A stretch of 64,000 bases of DNA from an uncultured Verrucomicrobiae bacterium (GCA_963762565.1 CAVXLD010000001.1:928001-992000), one strand, 5' to 3'; shown: positions 9,409 to 19,442, numbered from the stretch's first letter. Notes: a model not told the origin generated them from the sequence alone. Made by a program: numbers and translations.

Positions 9409-10572
9409 ATGCAACTTTCCTCACGAGCGAACAGCCTCACTCCTTCTCTTTCTCTATCAGTTGATAGCAAGGCAAAGGCGATGAAGTCCGAAGGGCTTGA
9501 CGTCTGCGGTTTCGGTGCCGGTGAACCGGACTTCGATACTCCAGAACACATTAAAGCCGCAGCGATTACTGCGTTGGAGTCCGGGTTTACAAAATACACA
9601 CCTAGCTCCGGCATCCCAGAACTACGCCAGGCGATTGCAGATAAATTAGAACTGGAGAACGGCCTCAGCTATAAGCCAAGCCAAATCATCGTTAGCACCG
9701 GAGCGAAACACTCCTGTTACAACGGGATCTTGGCCACCTGCCAGGCGGGAGACGAGGTTATTATCCCAAGCCCTTACTGGCTCAGCTATCCCGAGATGGT
9801 GCGGTTGGCTGGGGCTGAACCTATCTTTGTCCAGACCAAGGAAGAGAACGGCTGGAAGATCACTCGCGACGAGTTCGAGAATGCGATGACACCTCGAACC
9901 AAAATGATCATCCTTAACTCGCCCAACAACCCAACCGGAGCAGTTTATACCCGCGAAGAAATCGAGGGGATCGCGGCGGTCGCAGCGGAAGAGGAAATCT
10001 TGATTCTCTCGGATGAAATCTACGAGAAGCTGGTTTACGAAGGCCACGAGCACGTCAGTATCGCTTCACTAGGACGTGAATTTTACGACCTAACAATCAC
10101 GGTTAACGGATTTAGCAAAGCTTATGCAATGACCGGCTGGAGGCTTGGCTACTTAGCGGCTCCGGAACCGATTGCCAAAGCGATTGACTCCATTCAAAGC
10201 CATGTCACGTCTAACCCGTGTTCGTTTGCGCAAAAAGGGGCTCTAGCAGCTCTGAAAGGAGATCAGCAGAGTGTTGCCGACATGCGCGACGAGTTCGACA
10301 TGCGACGGCAGTACATCATCGAACGCTTTTCCAAGATCCAGAGCGTGAGCATTGTGAAGCCAAACGGAGCTTTCTACGTTCTGGCGAACATCAGTAAGCT
10401 GGGGTTGACCTCTCAAAACTTCGCTGATCGGTTGTTGAGCAAAGCGAATGTCAGCGTTGTACCGGGTATTGCCTTTGGTGACGACCGGACGGTACGGTTC
10501 AGCTACGCAACCAGCCTCGATGTGATCAAGAAAGGGATGGATCGGTTCGAAGATTTCTGCCGAACGCTGTGA
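9409..10572 (+). CDS. PLP-dependent class I/II aminotransferase (aspartate aminotransferase-like)
   Basis: GAGEPDFDTP, NSPNNPTG, SDEIY and GFSKAYAMTGWRLGY motifs. Confidence 0.95.
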   Translation: MQLSSRANSLTPSLSLSVDSKAKAMKSEGLDVCGFGAGEPDFDTPEHIKAAAITALESGFTKYTPSSGIPELRQAIADKLELENGLSYKPSQIIVSTGAKHSCYNGILATCQAGDEVIIPSPYWLSYPEMVRLAGAEPIFVQTKEENGWKITRDEFENAMTPRTKMIILNSPNNPTGAVYTREEIEGIAAVAAEEEILILSDEIYEKLVYEGHEHVSIASLGREFYDLTITVNGFSKAYAMTGWRLGYLAAPEPIAKAIDSIQSHVTSNPCSFAQKGALAALKGDQQSVADMRDEFDMRRQYIIERFSKIQSVSIVKPNGAFYVLANISKLGLTSQNFADRLLSKANVSVVPGIAFGDDRTVRFSYATSLDVIKKGMDRFEDFCRTL

Positions 10573-11372
10573 AGCGTTTAAGCCAGTACCTTGAAGTTTA
10601 CCGTATCATGTTACGGAACTCCCTTGTCCGGGAGATGAACTTCAAGCTCAACTTTATTCTCTGGCTCTTTACAGATGCGCTTTGGTTTGTTGGGCAGCTG
10701 ATCTTTATTGAGGTCATCTACACGCAGGTCGACGCCGTCGGCGATTGGACCAAATGGGATATGGTCCTTTTGGTCGGGACCTATCAGATCATAAGCCAAA
10801 TCTTCCAAGGATTCTTTTACCTTAACCTGACAAATCTGTCTGAGCTGGTGCGGACCGGTAAGCTCGACTTCGTCTTGTTGCAGCCGATCGATCCCCAATT
10901 CACCGTGTCACTGCGGCAATTCGGCATTGACGGCATGGTGAATGCCCTCATCGGAATTGTGATCGTCTGCTACTCCTTGGTGCAACTGCAGGTAATGCCG
11001 TCAATAGGACAAATTCTGCTTTATCTGGTGGCAATCGGATTCGGCATATCAGTGCATTATGCCGCCATGCTGGCTTTTGCGACGGTCAGCTTTTGGACAG
11101 TCCGAACCCAGGGAATCACGTATGGTTATTACAGCTTGATTAGCCTGGCTCGGTATCCGGATTCGATGTTTAAGGGGTTGGCGAAATTTGTCTTCAGCTG
11201 GATAATTCCGGTAATGGTGGTTACGAACGTCCCAGCTCGATTGCTGATTCACGCCACTTCGAGTCCATGGCCATTGCTTGGGCATTTGGCGGCCGCTTCT
11301 ATCTTAATGATCGTGGCCTCACGCCTACTCTGGCGAACAGCGCTCAACCGGTATTCCAGCGCTAGCTCGTAG
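10569..11372 (+). CDS. ABC-2 family transporter permease
   Basis: About 6 hydrophobic segments and a VRTGKLDFVLLQP motif. GTGA overlap with the upstream gene. Confidence 0.82.
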   Translation: MKRLSQYLEVYRIMLRNSLVREMNFKLNFILWLFTDALWFVGQLIFIEVIYTQVDAVGDWTKWDMVLLVGTYQIISQIFQGFFYLNLTNLSELVRTGKLDFVLLQPIDPQFTVSLRQFGIDGMVNALIGIVIVCYSLVQLQVMPSIGQILLYLVAIGFGISVHYAAMLAFATVSFWTVRTQGITYGYYSLISLARYPDSMFKGLAKFVFSWIIPVMVVTNVPARLLIHATSSPWPLLGHLAAASILMIVASRLLWRTALNRYSSASS

Positions 11373-11718
11373 GTGGGGGCATCATGGACGACTTCGTTCT
11401 CGTTCTCGTCCTCGTCGTCGTCGTCCTCGAATCCGGCCACGCGGAGTGATGGAGTGCAGGAGTGTCGGAGTAGTGTGCCAAGTCTGAATAGCGCCCACCT
11501 AGGGGCTAGAACGCCATAACGGAAGGCCCCCCATATCTCATCCATCGTCATCCGGCAAACACCCGATGGTTGTGTCAGGTTACTTTTTTCCGATCATTTT
11601 AAACATCCAGAAGGCATCCGGAGTCGAATCTGTCTCGAACAAAACCACTAGTCACCGAGACAAAACGCGTAGCCGAAAACCGAGGAATGAAGGGCTGATT
11701 TTTCCTGCAATCTTTCGC

Positions 11719-11747
11719 TTGAACCCAGAGACAATTGCCATTATATG
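11719..11747 (+). promoter_or_regulatory. Candidate sigma70 promoter for dksA-rpmG-rpsR
   Basis: TTGAAC-N17-TATATG, 56 nt upstream of the ATG. Confidence 0.5.
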
Positions 11748-11802
11748 TTCGCCTCTTCCAGGCGGGTAGGCGGCGCGCAGACCAGCTTTGCACTAATCTT
11801 TT

Positions 11803-12396
11803 ATGGCGAAATCGAAATCACAGAAAAAGGATGACGCGTCCGCAAACGGGCACTTACCCGCGGACGAAAATAGAGAGAGACCTGTCTCCTCCATCCCGTC
11901 GGCGCCGAAGGATAACGGCGACGAGAAACTGTCCCCATTTCTTCGCAAACAGAAACTGAAACTGCTCTTTCTGCGCGATTCGCTTCTCGACTCCATGATG
12001 GGGGTTTCCCGGGACACATTACGCGCGCGGGCTGAAGGCAGTGAGGCCTCGGCGTTTGGCATGCACCAAGCAGATGCCGGCAGTGACGCTTACGATCGTG
12101 ACTTTGCTCTCAGCTTACTTTCCCAAGAACAAGACGCTCTCTACGAGATCGAAGAAGCTCTAAAACGCGTGGATGCAGGTACTTACGGCGTTTGTGAGAT
12201 GTCCGGAAAAGCAATCCCGCACGCTCGCTTGGAGGCAATCCCCTTTGCTCGTTTCACGGTTGAGTGCCAGACTCAGATTGAGAAACAGCGGAAAGCGACC
12301 CGTATTCGCCAGCCCGTGACCTCGCTGTTCGGTCTAACCGACGAAGAAGGTGGCGAAGGCGAAGAAGAAGAGTCGACTCCTGAGGCGAAGGACTAA
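11803..12396 (+). CDS. dksA: DksA/TraR family transcription factor
   Basis: HQADAGSD coiled-coil tip and EALKRVDAGTYGVCEMSGKAIPHARLEAIPFARFTVECQ. Confidence 0.85.
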   Translation: MAKSKSQKKDDASANGHLPADENRERPVSSIPSAPKDNGDEKLSPFLRKQKLKLLFLRDSLLDSMMGVSRDTLRARAEGSEASAFGMHQADAGSDAYDRDFALSLLSQEQDALYEIEEALKRVDAGTYGVCEMSGKAIPHARLEAIPFARFTVECQTQIEKQRKATRIRQPVTSLFGLTDEEGGEGEEEESTPEAKD

Positions 12397-12399
12397 TTT

Positions 12400-12573
12400 A
12401 TGCCACGCGAGATTATCGTTTTGGAGTGCACTGAAGCCCGGGCAGAGGGAAAGCCGGTCTCCCGTTACGTTAGCACCCGGAATAAAAAGAGCCCAAATAC
12501 TCCGGGACGCTTGGAGAAAAAGAAGTATAATCCTTTCCTTCGCCGGCACACACTGCATCGCGAAGTTAAGTAA
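12400..12573 (+). CDS. rpmG: 50S ribosomal protein L33
   Basis: Below the ORF-track cutoff. Manual translation: [57 protein letters not shown]. Confidence 0.95.
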   Translation: MPREIIVLECTEARAEGKPVSRYVSTRNKKSPNTPGRLEKKKYNPFLRRHTLHREVK

Positions 12574-12576
12574 CCC

Positions 12577-12816
12577 ATGGAACCCAAGAACGCTAAACGA
12601 CGGTCCAATTTTCGGCGGGCGAATCGAGCCATGCCCCGGCGCCGGATTGATATCGCTTTAGAGGCGATCGATTACAAGAACCCGGATCTGCTTCGCAAAT
12701 TCGTGACGGAAAGCGGCAAGATTTTGCCTCGCCGGGTAACCGGCATGCCGGCCTATCTGCACCGAAAAATTACCCGAGAGATCAAGCGCGCTCGCTCCGT
12801 GCTGTTGATGAAGTAA
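12577..12816 (+). CDS. rpsR: 30S ribosomal protein S18
   Basis: [31 protein letters not shown]. Confidence 0.95.
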   Translation: MEPKNAKRRSNFRRANRAMPRRRIDIALEAIDYKNPDLLRKFVTESGKILPRRVTGMPAYLHRKITREIKRARSVLLMK

Positions 12817-12837
12817 CCGGCGGTAATAGCCGCTTAC

Positions 12838-13075
12838 GGTAGGGCGAGGCTCCCGATCTTCCTCAAAGGGAACCCAAAAGCGATCGGAGTTTCCCAATCT
12901 GCAGTGCCCAACACCAAATGGTTGCCGAGCCGCGGCCCAACGTTTGCCAGGGCCCATCGCAGCCAGATTATGGGCACGGCTCGGCGGGTGTGTCGGCCCC
13001 AAGACACGAAATCTTCCTTCCGACGTCCCGGTCCCTGGAAAGCCATCGCGGACCGTGCGGGAGCCTCGCCCCACC
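12838..13075. repeat. Palindromic element family E (split GTAG-REP doublet)
   Basis: GGTAGGGCGAGGCTCCCG..68 nt..GCCGAGCCG / CGGCTCGGCGGG..68 nt..GCGGGAGCCTCGCCCCACC. Confidence 0.85.
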
Positions 13076-13097
13076 AAAAACCCATCCAAAACACTGC

Positions 13098-13125
13098 TTG
13101 CACCCCTCTGTTGAATAGCTATCTT
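13098..13125 (+). promoter_or_regulatory. Candidate sigma70 promoter for rpsA
   Basis: TTGCAC-N16-TATCTT about 100 nt upstream of the likely start. Confidence 0.4.
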
Positions 13126-13223
13126 TTGCCTCCCTCTGATTCCGTGAATAGCCATCCGTGTGGGTCGCTCGGTTCGGAGCAAATTTAGGTAACCCGTGGT
13201 TTGTTGGTGTTTGTGACTCTTTT

Positions 13224-14903
13224 ATGACTGAAATGCAGGAGCTAATCGCGAAGTCCCTGCGCGATTTTAAGGAAGGTAGCATCGTTAAGGGCAGAATTCT
13301 GGAAATCCGCCCGCGAGAGGTGTTGGTCGACATAGGATACAAGTCCGAAGGCGTCATTCCCTCGTCTGAGTTTGACGATGTCGAACAAGTGGAAGTTGGT
13401 GACGAGGTCGAAGTTCTCTTAGAACGCCTGGAAAACGAGGACGGGATGGTGGTGCTGTCCAAAGAAAAGGCAGCCCACAAACAGAACTGGGACAAAATTG
13501 TCAAGGTTTTCGAGGGAGACGGCCTGATCAAAGGCAAGGTTAAAGCGGTCGTAAAAGGCGGACTAACGGTCAATATCGGCGTCGAGGCATTCCTGCCCGG
13601 GTCACAAATTGACATTGTTCCGCCCCGCGATCTGCAGCAGTTCGTCGGCAACACGTACGATTTCAAAATCGTTAAAATCAACGACGAGCGGAAGAACGTA
13701 GTCCTCAGCCGGCGAGAAATTATCGAGCAGGAACGCGCAGAGAAACGAAGCCGGTTCTTGGAAACGGTGCAGGTCGGCAACACCGTCAAAGGCACGGTAA
13801 AGAATCTCACCGATTTTGGCGCTTTTATAGATCTCGACGGGATGGACGGTCTTCTGCACATCACCGACATGACTTGGGGACGGCTCACCCATCCAAGCGA
13901 GCTCCTCCGGATCGGCCAGGAAGTCGATGTGGTTGTGCTCGATATTAACAAGGAAAAGGAGCGCGTCTCGCTCGGCTTAAAGCAGACCCAGCGTAATCCT
14001 TGGGATAAAATCGAAGAACGATTCCCTGTCGGCGCCAAGGTGCATGGCAAAGTTACCAACCTGGTACCTTATGGTGCCTTCGTCGAAATCGAAGAGGGCG
14101 TTGAGGGTCTTATCCACGTATCGGAGCTCTCTTGGACCAAACGCATAACCCGGCCTTCGGATGTATTGACCCAGGGTCAGGAAATTGAGGCCGTCGTTCT
14201 TGGCGTCAACAAAGAGGAGCAGAAAATCTCCCTCGGCGTACGCCAATTGGATCCAAATCCGTGGGATGCCATCGAACACCGCTATGCGTTGGGCTCAGTG
14301 GTTAAGGGCAAGATTCGTAACATGACCGCGTACGGTGCCTTCGTTGAGCTTGAAGAAGGAATCGATGGAATGATCCACGTTTCCGATCTCAGCTGGACTC
14401 GAAAGATCAACCACCCGAGCGAAGTTTTGAAGAAAAACGACGAGGTGGAGGCAATTGTCCTGGATATCGACAAGGTCAATCAACGGATCAGCCTCGGAAT
14501 CAAGCAGCTCGAGTCCGACCCGTGGAAAGAGATCGACCAGAAGTACAAGATTGGCGATCTGGTAAACGGAAAAGTGACGAAGCTCGCTAGCTTCGGCGCC
14601 TTTGTCCAACTCCAAGACGATATCGATGGGTTGGTACACATCTCTCAATTGAGCGAAGAGCACGTCGCTAAAGTGAAAGATGTCCTCAAAGTTGGACAAG
14701 AAGTTGAGGCACGCGTCATTAAGGTAGACAAGGCCGAACGACGGATTGGTCTATCGATCAAGGCGGCCCATTACTCCGATGAGGAACTGCGGCGTGAGAC
14801 CGAAGCCTTCGACAGCTTACGGCCAGGCGAAGATATGGTGGGTCTGGAACAGGCATTCCAGGCGGCGGAAGAAGAGTATCGACCTGGAGATCGAAAGCGT
14901 TAA
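13224..14903 (+). CDS. rpsA: 30S ribosomal protein S1
   Basis: Repeated S1 domains (FGAFIDL..DGLLHI, YGAFVE..EGLIHVSE). Start placed at MTEMQEL. Confidence 0.97.
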   Translation: MTEMQELIAKSLRDFKEGSIVKGRILEIRPREVLVDIGYKSEGVIPSSEFDDVEQVEVGDEVEVLLERLENEDGMVVLSKEKAAHKQNWDKIVKVFEGDGLIKGKVKAVVKGGLTVNIGVEAFLPGSQIDIVPPRDLQQFVGNTYDFKIVKINDERKNVVLSRREIIEQERAEKRSRFLETVQVGNTVKGTVKNLTDFGAFIDLDGMDGLLHITDMTWGRLTHPSELLRIGQEVDVVVLDINKEKERVSLGLKQTQRNPWDKIEERFPVGAKVHGKVTNLVPYGAFVEIEEGVEGLIHVSELSWTKRITRPSDVLTQGQEIEAVVLGVNKEEQKISLGVRQLDPNPWDAIEHRYALGSVVKGKIRNMTAYGAFVELEEGIDGMIHVSDLSWTRKINHPSEVLKKNDEVEAIVLDIDKVNQRISLGIKQLESDPWKEIDQKYKIGDLVNGKVTKLASFGAFVQLQDDIDGLVHISQLSEEHVAKVKDVLKVGQEVEARVIKVDKAERRIGLSIKAAHYSDEELRRETEAFDSLRPGEDMVGLEQAFQAAEEEYRPGDRKR

Positions 14904-15055
14904 TCACCGGTTGCGATCCGTCAAAAATGCTGAAGCTTTAGCTTGGAACACTGCGAGGCGGCGTTATGCCGCCTCGATAGCATTTCCACATAGCTTTGGC
15001 CTGACCCGAGTGGGGGCTTAAGCACGATCACAAACAGATACCTATAGCAAATTTT

Positions 15056-15394
15056 ATGGAAAAACCGCAAATCGCAGCCTACGTGAAGACTTATTGCGGC
15101 TGGAGCAATGGCGTTCGGGCAGTCCTGAAGAAGTACGACCTTCCTTACGAAGAGAAAGATATTATCCAGAACCCGGCATTCCGCTGGGAAATGGAGCAAA
15201 AGAGCGGCCAACCTCTTTCACCGTGCGTTGAAGTAAACGGTACTATGCTGGCCGATATCAGCGGCGAGGAGTTGGAAGAATATTTAGTTTCCAACCAATT
15301 AGTGGCAGCTAGTGCGGCGGCGACCGATGTTCCGCTAAACGCTCCTTGCCCTCCTGAGCAGCACGAAGCGCCCAACGTGGCGTTTCGCAGGTAA
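15056..15394 (+). CDS. Monothiol glutaredoxin-like protein
   Basis: CGWS active site and SGQPLSPCVEVNG cis-Pro region. Confidence 0.8.
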   Translation: MEKPQIAAYVKTYCGWSNGVRAVLKKYDLPYEEKDIIQNPAFRWEMEQKSGQPLSPCVEVNGTMLADISGEELEEYLVSNQLVAASAAATDVPLNAPCPPEQHEAPNVAFRR

Positions 15395-15451
15395 CACGGA
15401 TTTGTCCCTGCGCGGAGATTCCAATCTTACGGAAAACAGCGGCCTATTTTG

Positions 15452-15482
15452 AGCCTGGGTTTAACTTAAGCCCAGGCTTTTT
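15452..15482 (+). terminator. Intrinsic terminator
   Basis: AGCCTGGG-loop-CCCAGGCT followed by a T-run. Confidence 0.7.
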
Positions 15483-15520
15483 GCGCTTGCGCTAATTAGC
15501 GCCTCAAAGCGGGTGTCCGT

Positions 15521-15673
15521 AGGCGCGAAGGGTTAACCCCGGAGCCTTTCTGGGCTGTTAGATCTTAGCCTAGGCCGCCTTCTTTCGGATATCCCTGGGC
15601 CTCGGCCTCGCAGACTCAGCTAGGCTAAAATCTTTTCAGCCCCGAAATGCTCCCGGGTAAACGCTTCGCGCCT
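15521..15673. repeat. Palindromic element family F, full imperfect hairpin
   Basis: AGGCGCGAAG..CTTAGCCTAG / CTAGGCTAA..CTTCGCGCCT. One arm recurs at 17968-18052. Confidence 0.75.
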
Positions 15674-15709
15674 GGTGCCAAGGCGGACCAGCTTCGCGAG
15701 GCGTCCCCC

Positions 15710-16555
15710 CTACTCCACAAATTCCAGTTCGACCGCGGCCGGTAAGACGCCTTTTTCTTTGCCCCGCCCTAAGAACTGCCGGATCGCTTCCCGGCCGCTC
15801 GCACCGTAATCGAGCGTATAATCGTTTACGTACATTCCGATGAATTTGTCGGCCTGATTCAGATCCAGCCCTCGGGCTAAGGGCATAGAGTGCTTTATGC
15901 CCGCCAGCCTGTTCTCAAGCCCGTATCGAATGCTTTCCTTGAGAATCTCGGAAACTTCCTTGCGGACAGCGGGAGGAATATCTTTGCGGATCACGTTGCC
16001 ACCCAAAGGAAGCGGTAATCCGGTCTCGGATTTCCACCATTGACCCAAATCGAGAATCAAGTGAAACCCTTCTTGCGCATAAGTGAGTTGGCCTTCGTGG
16101 ATCAGCAAACCGACTTCCGCCTTTCCTGAGCGAACATAATCAAAGATCTGATCAAACGGTACCACCACGGTTTCAACCGGAACCCCGAACAGTTTCAACG
16201 CGAGATACGCGCTGGTTCGGAGCCCAGGAACAGCAACTAATTTTTTAGAAAGCCAGTCCCGAATCTGGTCCGGCGTTCGCGGAGGTTCGATCGTAGAAAC
16301 CAACATTGGCCCGTATCCGTCGCCCATGCTCGCCCCACACGGTAAAAGCGCATAGCGATCCGTGAGATAGGCGTACGCATGGATCGAAACTGCCGATATA
16401 TGCAGCTCTCCGCGCGCTGCTCTCTGATTGAGGGTTTCGATATCTTGCAAAATGTGCTGAAAAGTATGGCCGCGAGTGTCGATCTTATTCTCCGCTAGGG
16501 CATAAAACATGAAGGCGTCGTCAGGATCCGGAGAATGACCAAGAAGAAATTCCAT
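15710..16555 (-). CDS. mqnD: 1,4-dihydroxy-6-naphthoate synthase (futalosine menaquinone pathway)
   Basis: GHSPDPDDAFMFYAL, GLLIHEGQLTY, DLGQWW..TGLPLPLG and MYVND motifs. Confidence 0.85.
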   Translation of the reverse strand: MEFLLGHSPDPDDAFMFYALAENKIDTRGHTFQHILQDIETLNQRAARGELHISAVSIHAYAYLTDRYALLPCGASMGDGYGPMLVSTIEPPRTPDQIRDWLSKKLVAVPGLRTSAYLALKLFGVPVETVVVPFDQIFDYVRSGKAEVGLLIHEGQLTYAQEGFHLILDLGQWWKSETGLPLPLGGNVIRKDIPPAVRKEVSEILKESIRYGLENRLAGIKHSMPLARGLDLNQADKFIGMYVNDYTLDYGASGREAIRQFLGRGKEKGVLPAAVELEFVE

Positions 16556-16599
16556 GGCTCAAGAAAGCGAAAGGAGTCGTGCGTGCAAGGACAACGAAC

Positions 16600-17706
16600 T
16601 TACAAGGCCCCTTTCCACCCGTTCTCGCTCGTTCTCGCTCGCTGCCGTCCGTTCACGGCGGTGTCCGCGTTATCGTCGTCATCCTCGTGGCTATGCGCCT
16701 GTTCGACTTCACCTTCCATCTGTCCCCATCTCGGCCGTGCGCCGGGCTTTCCATTGGCGCGCGGGGAATAGAACAAATAACAGATTCCGCCGATAAGCCC
16801 GAAGAGGAGAAAAAAGGAGAAACCAAGCAGCGATATCAGGATGCCAACCTCGCCTGGCACCTTGGCCAAGTCGCTCATTAAGATTTGGAAAAGAGACTCC
16901 CGAAAGCCGAGCCCACCCGGAGTAATCGGCAACGAGATGATCGTAGTCACAATCGGCATGATTGTGATCATGTCGAGGAACGAAACGTCAGCATGCACCG
17001 CCTGGGAGGCGCAGTAGAAAGCGCCATAAAAGGAAAACAAGACGGGAAACGAAAGCACAAAAGCCCACGCCAATGACGCTCTTGCCTTGGCAAAGAGATG
17101 GTAGGCTTCTGAGGCCTCGATTAGCTGCTCACGAAAGGGAAAATGTCGCGGCAGCCGGTTTGCCAGGTTTAGTCCGCTGATCAGGAAGGACCCACCCACT
17201 AGAGCGGAAAAACCAATCAGCATACAGATCAAGACCCAGGCGAAGAAAGATGCTTGAGGCGTTTGTTGAAGCCATTGCCAGCGCAGAGCGGTGGTGCCAA
17301 CAGCCGTCAATACCAGAGCGAGCATTCCGATCATGCGATCCATTACGACGGTCAGGACCACCTCTTTCTTTCGATCAGGAAACTCTCGCATGGAGTAATA
17401 GAGCCGAGCGAAATCGCCGCCAGTGTAACCCGGCATAAACAGGTTAAAGAACAACCCCACAAAAAACAGCTGAGACAAACGAAGCCAGCCAATGCGCATC
17501 CCTTGCACCCGCAGAAGGATATTCCAGCGTATGATGTTGGCGATTTCGCCAACGAAAGCCACGGGAAGGCCGATCAGCATCCAATGGGCGTCGGCACGGC
17601 CAAAAGCCGCGCCCATCTGCGCCCTTTTTTCTGGGCTGTTAAAGAGATAGATAAGAATCGCAATCGTAAAGATCGCTTGAGCGGTACGGATTAGAGCCTT
17701 CTTCAT
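16600..17706 (-). CDS. Lysylphosphatidylglycerol-synthase TM (flippase-like) membrane protein
   Basis: RW..LL, FFNLFMPGYTGGD, DR and PITPGGLGFRE motifs, multiple TM segments. Confidence 0.85.
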   Translation of the reverse strand: MKKALIRTAQAIFTIAILIYLFNSPEKRAQMGAAFGRADAHWMLIGLPVAFVGEIANIIRWNILLRVQGMRIGWLRLSQLFFVGLFFNLFMPGYTGGDFARLYYSMREFPDRKKEVVLTVVMDRMIGMLALVLTAVGTTALRWQWLQQTPQASFFAWVLICMLIGFSALVGGSFLISGLNLANRLPRHFPFREQLIEASEAYHLFAKARASLAWAFVLSFPVLFSFYGAFYCASQAVHADVSFLDMITIMPIVTTIISLPITPGGLGFRESLFQILMSDLAKVPGEVGILISLLGFSFFLLFGLIGGICYLFYSPRANGKPGARPRWGQMEGEVEQAHSHEDDDDNADTAVNGRQRARTSENGWKGAL

Positions 17707-17967
17707 CGATACGCCGAAGTCCTAAAGATGGGCTCGTAAGTCGGGCGAGTTCACGTGGTGCAAAGTTTTTTGGCGAGCCTGTCCCGGGAAGCTGCCAAGA
17801 CGGGGCAAGGGCTCTAAGTGATTGCTAAGATCTAAGATTTCGAGACGATACGCCCGGGAGTTCAGGTAAATCAACGGCCGATTTCTCGGGATGAGATGTA
17901 GGCCCCCGGATGATATTGGGTAACTGGAGGCTGCGTGTCACCCCATTTTCCGATCTACCTGGATGCG

Positions 17968-18052
17968 AGGCGCGAAGCAGTCTACCCCAAAGCATTTCGG
18001 GGCAGAAAGACTTTAGCCTCTAGGCTGAGTCTGCGAGACCTAGGAAGCCCAG
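17968..18052. repeat. Family F single arm
   Basis: AGGCGCGAAGC..AGCATTTCGGGGC..TTTAGCCT..GCTGAGTCTGCGAG matches the reverse complement of ~15594-15673. Confidence 0.7.
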
Positions 18053-18146
18053 AAAAAAGCACCCAGCGCTGAAAGCGCGGCAGAACAGATCTCCCATCGC
18101 CCCACGTTGAATTCGACGCAGCCGCGGGCTACAGCTTCGGTGCAAA

Positions 18147-19442
18147 ATGAATTTTGTCGATCTGACCTCGCAGGGTGAAACCGAATGGCGCAAAGAATTC
18201 GACCGGCGTTATCTGCCGTCAAATGAGCTAGTGCAGCAAGTGCACGAGATCTTGTCGCGAGTTCGGGCCGAGGGAGATGCCGCTTTGGTCGATTTTATTC
18301 TCCGGTTCGATAAGACCCAGCTAGCGGCGAAGGAGCTTCGCGTCAGCCGGTCCGAGATCACGTTGGCATTGGGCCATTTGGACCCCGAACTCCGCGACGC
18401 CTTATCGGCCTCCAAAAAGAATGTTCAAGAATTTGCTCGCCGCAGTCGGAGAACCGATTGGCAGGCGGAGAATGTCCAGGGAGCCAGTGTTGGAGAGCGG
18501 TTTGACCCGATTCGCCGAGTGGGAATCTATGTGCCGGCAGGGACGGCGCCGCTAGTCTCTTCCGCGATCATGACGGTGGCAATCGCCAGCGCGGTTGAAG
18601 TACCGGAGATCGTGGCAGTATCGCCGGTGTCCGGTTCAACCGAGATGAATAGCGCACTCTTGGCCGCTTTGGATATGGCCGGAGCTACCGAGATCTACAA
18701 AATCGGCGGTGCACACGCAATCGGCGCATTGGCGTTCGGAACCGAAACAATTCGACCGGTCGATAAGATCTTCGGCCCAGGAAACGCATTTGTCACCGAG
18801 GCAAAACGGCAGGTCTTCGGTTACGTGGGAGTCGATCTCCTCCCCGGTCCCAGTGAGATTTTGATTGTAGCGGACTGCTCGTCGGTTCCCGCGTGGGTAG
18901 CAGCAGACCTGGTGGCTCAAGCCGAGCACGGTCCCGGCACCGTTATTGCGCTCGCGTCTTGGGATAGGCAAACGTTAGAGCACGTCCAACACGAGATCGA
19001 GAAAAGTTTACCCGCTCTCTCTCGCCAAGGGTTTATCAAGGAAGTCTTGGCAAAAAGAGCCTACGCTGTTCTGACGCGTGATCGCGAGCAAGCAGCCGCT
19101 TTCGCCAATGCGTTTGCTCCCGAGCATCTCACCGTCGTCACCGAAGAGGCAGCCGATTTTGCTTCTGGGATCACTACCGCCGGCGCTATCTTTCTGGGCA
19201 ACTATTCTCCGGTTGCAGCCGGAGACTTCATAGCAGGTCCGAGCCATGAGCTGCCGACCGGTGGCGCCGCTAAATCATTCGGAGGACTAACTGCTGATCA
19301 ATTTCAGCGCCGTACGAGCATTGTGAGGTTAGAGCGGGAATCGTTACAAAAATCGCTCCCCTTTATCCTTTCATTTAGCCGAGCCGAAAAGCTCGATGCC
19401 CACGGTGCATCGGCCCAGATACGCTTCGATAGTGAGAAGTGA
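18147..19442 (+). CDS. hisD: Histidinol dehydrogenase
   Basis: GIYVPAG, KIFGPGN, GPSE, QAEH, APEHL and GPSHELPT motifs. Confidence 0.96.
   Translation: MNFVDLTSQGETEWRKEFDRRYLPSNELVQQVHEILSRVRAEGDAALVDFILRFDKTQLAAKELRVSRSEITLALGHLDPELRDALSASKKNVQEFARRSRRTDWQAENVQGASVGERFDPIRRVGIYVPAGTAPLVSSAIMTVAIASAVEVPEIVAVSPVSGSTEMNSALLAALDMAGATEIYKIGGAHAIGALAFGTETIRPVDKIFGPGNAFVTEAKRQVFGYVGVDLLPGPSEILIVADCSSVPAWVAADLVAQAEHGPGTVIALASWDRQTLEHVQHEIEKSLPALSRQGFIKEVLAKRAYAVLTRDREQAAAFANAFAPEHLTVVTEEAADFASGITTAGAIFLGNYSPVAAGDFIAGPSHELPTGGAAKSFGGLTADQFQRRTSIVRLERESLQKSLPFILSFSRAEKLDAHGASAQIRFDSEK

Noticed and set aside
11550..11700. GGCAAAC-containing stretch resembling a c-di-GMP riboswitch start
   Set aside because: The expected GNRA-loop stem and GACGCAAAG-type second motif are not present.
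12820..13200. Possible structured leader or ncRNA upstream of rpsA
   Set aside because: The structure is explained by the family E doublet, and the candidate rpsA promoter lies downstream of it.
12968..14059. 363-aa antisense ORF opposite rpsA, and similar shadow ORFs in atp, valS and glnD
   Set aside because: Typical antisense shadows of codon-biased genes, with no recognisable motifs.
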